Shown in pieces: positions 60,686-64,000 of a stretch of DNA of 64,000 nt. Source of the DNA: an uncultured Verrucomicrobiae bacterium. GTDB lineage: Bacteria > Chlamydiota > Chlamydiia > Chlamydiales > Rhabdochlamydiaceae. Made by a program: the position numbers and the translations under genes. Each line of letters begins with the position of its first letter. Positions within the stretch are counted from its first letter, which is position 1. The notes below the pieces were generated by a model. That model had not been told where the DNA came from. It made no database searches and saw nothing but the letters and a program-made list of their open reading frames with translations. The stretch spans positions 928,001-992,000 of the forward strand of contig CAWDYW010000001.1 of the NCBI GenBank assembly GCA_963806855.1, written 5' to 3'.

Positions 60686-61364
60686 TTATGTTATGACCGC
60701 CGCAGTGCCATCATTTTTCCCGATGACAATGTAGGTGGCTAGATTAAAGAAAAAACCTGTTTCTAATACTCCGGGAATCGCCCGAATTTCTTCATGCACT
60801 CTCGGGATCATCGAGCTGAGAAGGTAGGGAAATGTCGAAAATCCGATTGTGGTTATCGCTCATGTAATATGATCCATCCGATTTTTTGCGCCAACTCCCG
60901 CGATAGCTAAGATCAGCGAGTTGTTTCCTAATCGCTTCTACTCCAAACGGGAGCACTTCGATCGGCAAAGAACATAGGCCAAGCTTTTCTACTAGTTTGC
61001 TTTCGTCAGCAATCACAATCATCCCTTTACTCATTGTCGCAACAATCTTCTCACGCAGCAGCGCGCCGCCCGCTCCCTTGATCAATCGTTTGCTCGGATC
61101 GATCTGATCGGCACCGTCCACCACTAAATCCAAAGTGGAGATCGTATTGATGTCGATTATATCGATTCCACCCTCGCGAGCCATCCTTTCGGAGGCGAGC
61201 GAAGTGGTGACAGCTTTAATTTTCAGCCCATTTTGGCACCGCTTGATCAAATGTTTGATGAAGTAGGCAGCTGTCGAGCCAGTCCCCAGGCCTAGGACCA
61301 TTCCCTCTTTCACAAATTCAAGTGCTTTTAGGCCGGCGATTTCCTTTGCTTTATCTTGTAGCAT
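60686..61364 (-). CDS. rpiA: Ribose-5-phosphate isomerase A (one frameshift near 60800)
   Basis: GLGTGSTA, DGAD, IKGAGGALLREK; IPGVLETGFF in the shifted frame. Confidence 0.95.
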
Positions 61365-61449
61365 ATTTCCCTGTATACAATTTTTGACGCTCTCTTGCAA
61401 AATAATATTTTCGATTGTAGGCTGAGGAAGAATATAGGAGTAGAGAAAA

Positions 61450-61716
61450 ATGACCACGAAGAAGCAGATTGCAGAAGAGAGTCTCAAAACCAAAAAAGCC
61501 CGTGAGAAATTGATCAAACGGCTTAGAGAGCTAGATGATAAAATCACCAAAGAAGCTCTCGATCATAAATCGATCGAAATCCACCGGTGGATCTCCCGCC
61601 ATGCCGATCAGCGGATAACGCTTCGGGATAAAACGATCTCCCTTTTCGACGAGAACCAAAACGCAGCCCAAATCTCACAAAAAATTCTTAAAGTCGCTGA
61701 AAAGCTTCTCGAATAA
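61450..61716 (+). CDS. Hypothetical protein
   Basis: 88-aa ORF with AGGAG RBS, upstream of tyrS. Confidence 0.65.
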   Translation: MTTKKQIAEESLKTKKAREKLIKRLRELDDKITKEALDHKSIEIHRWISRHADQRITLRDKTISLFDENQNAAQISQKILKVAEKLLE

Positions 61717-61745
61717 TCGACTTTTCGGTTAATATTTCCTGGAAT

Positions 61746-63017
61746 ATGACCAAAAATATTATCGCCTACTTACAAGAACGTGGATTTGTCGACGCCGTCA
61801 CGAGCGAAGAACTACAGAAAGCGTGCGAAGGGCCGATTAAACTCTATTGCGGCTTTGACCCCACGGCTGAAAGTCTTCATTTGGGGAACCTGATCGGCAT
61901 CATGGTGCTGGCTCATTTTCAGCGCTTTGGCCACACGCCCGTCATCGTTTTGGGTGGAGCAACAGGCCGAATCGGCGATCCTTCGGGCAAAAGCCAAGAA
62001 AGGCCCCTGCTCGATATCGAGGTTATCCGAAGCAATATCAACTCGATCCGCACCCATTTTGAACAGGTGCTCAAATTCGACGGCTCACTCCCATGCCCCG
62101 AGATAGTCAATAACGACGATTGGTTCTGCAAAATTGGGGTCATCGACTTTTTGCGCGACATCGGAAAACACTTCCGTCTTGGGTCGATGCTCGCCCGAGA
62201 TACCGTCCGTACTCGGCTCGAATCTGAAGAGGGGATGAGCTTCACCGAATTTAGCTATCAGCTCATCCAAGGATACGATTTTTACCACCTCTATTCTGAG
62301 CATGAGGTGGTCCTCCAAATCGGCGGATCAGATCAGTGGGGCAATATTGTCTCAGGGATCGATCTGACCCGCAAATTGACCGGAAAATCGGTTTATGGAC
62401 TCACTTGGCCCTTGCTGACCCGCAGCGATGGGAAGAAATTTGGAAAATCGGAGCAAGGGGCGATTTGGCTCTCTCCAAAGCTCTGCTCTCCCTATCAGTT
62501 TTACCAGTATGTGGTCCGGATGCCCGATGCCGATGTGGTCCACATGCTCAAAATGCTCACCTTCCTCGACCTCAAAGAAATCGGCCAGATCGAGAAGCAA
62601 ATGAAGGCTCCCGGCTACATTCCTAATACAGCTCAAAAGCGGCTTGCCGAAGAGGTGACCCGAATTATCCATGGGGAAGAGGGAGTAGAAAAGGCATTAA
62701 AAGCGACCGAAGCGGCAGCGCCTGGAAAAGAGGCTGTGCTCGATGCTTCCGTGCTGCAAGAGATCGCTTCCGATATGCCGAGCGTTTCTCTATCACTTTC
62801 CGATGTACTCAATATGCGCTATGCAGACCTCGCTGTCGCCGCTGGCCTGCTCCCGAGCAAAGGGGAAGCGAATCGACTCCTCAAAAATGGGGGGGCCTAT
62901 ATCAACAATGAGCAAATCACCGATCCTAACCTCGCTATTCAGAAAGAAGACCTGATCGATGGGCAGTTTTTAGTCGTGGGAGCGGGCAAAAAAAAGAAAG
63001 TCCTTATCAAAGTTTAA
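61746..63017 (+). CDS. tyrS: Tyrosine--tRNA ligase
   Basis: YCGFDPTA.SLHLGN, QIGGSDQWGN, KFGKS. Confidence 0.98.
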   Translation: MTKNIIAYLQERGFVDAVTSEELQKACEGPIKLYCGFDPTAESLHLGNLIGIMVLAHFQRFGHTPVIVLGGATGRIGDPSGKSQERPLLDIEVIRSNINSIRTHFEQVLKFDGSLPCPEIVNNDDWFCKIGVIDFLRDIGKHFRLGSMLARDTVRTRLESEEGMSFTEFSYQLIQGYDFYHLYSEHEVVLQIGGSDQWGNIVSGIDLTRKLTGKSVYGLTWPLLTRSDGKKFGKSEQGAIWLSPKLCSPYQFYQYVVRMPDADVVHMLKMLTFLDLKEIGQIEKQMKAPGYIPNTAQKRLAEEVTRIIHGEEGVEKALKATEAAAPGKEAVLDASVLQEIASDMPSVSLSLSDVLNMRYADLAVAAGLLPSKGEANRLLKNGGAYINNEQITDPNLAIQKEDLIDGQFLVVGAGKKKKVLIKV

Positions 63018-63087
63018 AAAAAAACTTGCTTGAAATTAAGTCTCTTAGAACAATGGGCATTGAACAAGAAACTTAAGGAGTTAGGGT

Positions 63088-63441
63088 ATGGCGACCGTCA
63101 CAAAGAAAAAGTTAATCCAAGTGATATCCCAAGAATTAGGACTTCATCCCAATGATGTCCGCAACGTAATCCAATCTTTTTTAGACAGGATGACCGATTA
63201 TCTTGCCAATGGAGACCGACTAGAATTTAGAGATTTTGGGGTCTTTGAGATTGTGACTCGTAAACAAAAAATTGGGCGCAATCCTAAGAATGCCTCAGTC
63301 CCCATCGTGATCCCCGCCCGGGCTGCCGTCAAATTTACTTCGGGCAAGAAAATGCGCAAAATGATCGAAAAAGAGATAAAAGGTGGCAAATCTGGCCGCT
63401 CTCCTGAAGGCCGCGAAGAGCGTTCTCCAACCAGATTCTAA
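63088..63441 (+). CDS. ihfA: Integration host factor / HU family DNA-binding protein
   Basis: LEFRDFGVF...GRNPK...IPAR..VKF; chlamydial-type N-terminus. Confidence 0.92.
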   Translation: MATVTKKKLIQVISQELGLHPNDVRNVIQSFLDRMTDYLANGDRLEFRDFGVFEIVTRKQKIGRNPKNASVPIVIPARAAVKFTSGKKMRKMIEKEIKGGKSGRSPEGREERSPTRF

Positions 63442-63453
63442 TTTTTTTCCTTG

Positions 63454-63480
63454 GCGCACCCTTGGCAGAAGGGTGCGTCT
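63454..63480. terminator. Hairpin downstream of ihf
   Basis: GGCGCACCCTT-ggcag-AAGGGTGCGTC with nearby T tracts. Confidence 0.55.
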
Positions 63481-63561
63481 ACTAAATTTTTTTCTATAAG
63501 CTTATGCAGAAAAGCCAAATCGGCTATAATAGACCTTTCATACAGGAAGGGCTAGTACTAG

Positions 63562-64000
63562 ATGCTAAAACACGAAAAGCAAATTAAAGAGTATGAGAAG
63601 ACGCTAGCTGAAGTTAAGCAGCAGAATCAGGGCAATCAGCTTTGGTCAGACGACGAAATTGAAAAGCTCGAGGGGAAACTCGAACAGCTCAAAGATAAAG
63701 TCTATTCTCAACTTACTCCCTGGCAACGGGTTGAAATTAGCCGCCATCCCGATCGGCCCCGCACTGTCGATTATATCAAGGCGTTTTGCGATGATTTTTT
63801 CGAATTGCATGGCGATAGAACTTTCCGCGATGACACATCGATCATTTGCGGCCTGTGCAGAATTGGCACAGAGAAATTCATGGTGATTGGGCAAGAAAAG
63901 GGATGCGATACCGAATCAAGAATTAAACGCAATTTTGGGATGCCCCATCCCGAAGGGTATCGTAAGGCTCTTCGCTGTATGCAATTAGCTGCTAAGTTCA
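63562..64000 (+). CDS. accA: Acetyl-CoA carboxylase carboxyltransferase alpha (partial, runs off the window)
   Basis: HEKQI..., [37 protein letters not shown]. Confidence 0.95.
   Translation, partial: MLKHEKQIKEYEKTLAEVKQQNQGNQLWSDDEIEKLEGKLEQLKDKVYSQLTPWQRVEISRHPDRPRTVDYIKAFCDDFFELHGDRTFRDDTSIICGLCRIGTEKFMVIGQEKGCDTESRIKRNFGMPHPEGYRKALRCMQLAAKF

Overview
Chromosomal window of an environmental Chlamydiae bacterium (Chlamydiota, outside Chlamydiaceae). Taxonomic evidence: CT109-like/groEL/groES/pepF synteny, chlamydial-type IhfA (MATVTKKKLI) and AccA (HEKQI) N-termini, an Lpg1974/MOMP-like porin and Cys-rich Pmp-like autotransporters. The first ~53 kb is mostly accessory: a HigB/HigA-like toxin-antitoxin pair, a YheO-AlaX-LysE module, two large autotransporters, a LuxR solo plus GNAT, a LysR-controlled NUDIX / 2OG-Fe(II) oxygenase / nucleoside N-glycosidase operon, stress genes, candidate effectors and three paralogous secreted WxGPGWYYG proteins. 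The last ~10 kb is core (groESL, pepF, ptsH, rpiA, tyrS, ihf, accA). The non-coding DNA is rich. It holds a stand-alone IscB-type omegaRNA (HEARO) IS200/IS605 mini-element with no nuclease gene, inserted exactly between an RBS and its ATGAA start. It also holds four ~170-bp hairpin elements (one nested in another, one with a 12-bp target duplication), REP-like palindromes, a 132-bp near-synonymous duplicate of a gene 3' end, and two CIRCE operators (groES and hsp20). Many frameshifts (prfC, groEL, groES, pepF, rpiA and others) look like read/assembly indel errors. All family assignments come from visual motif recognition; no database searches were run.
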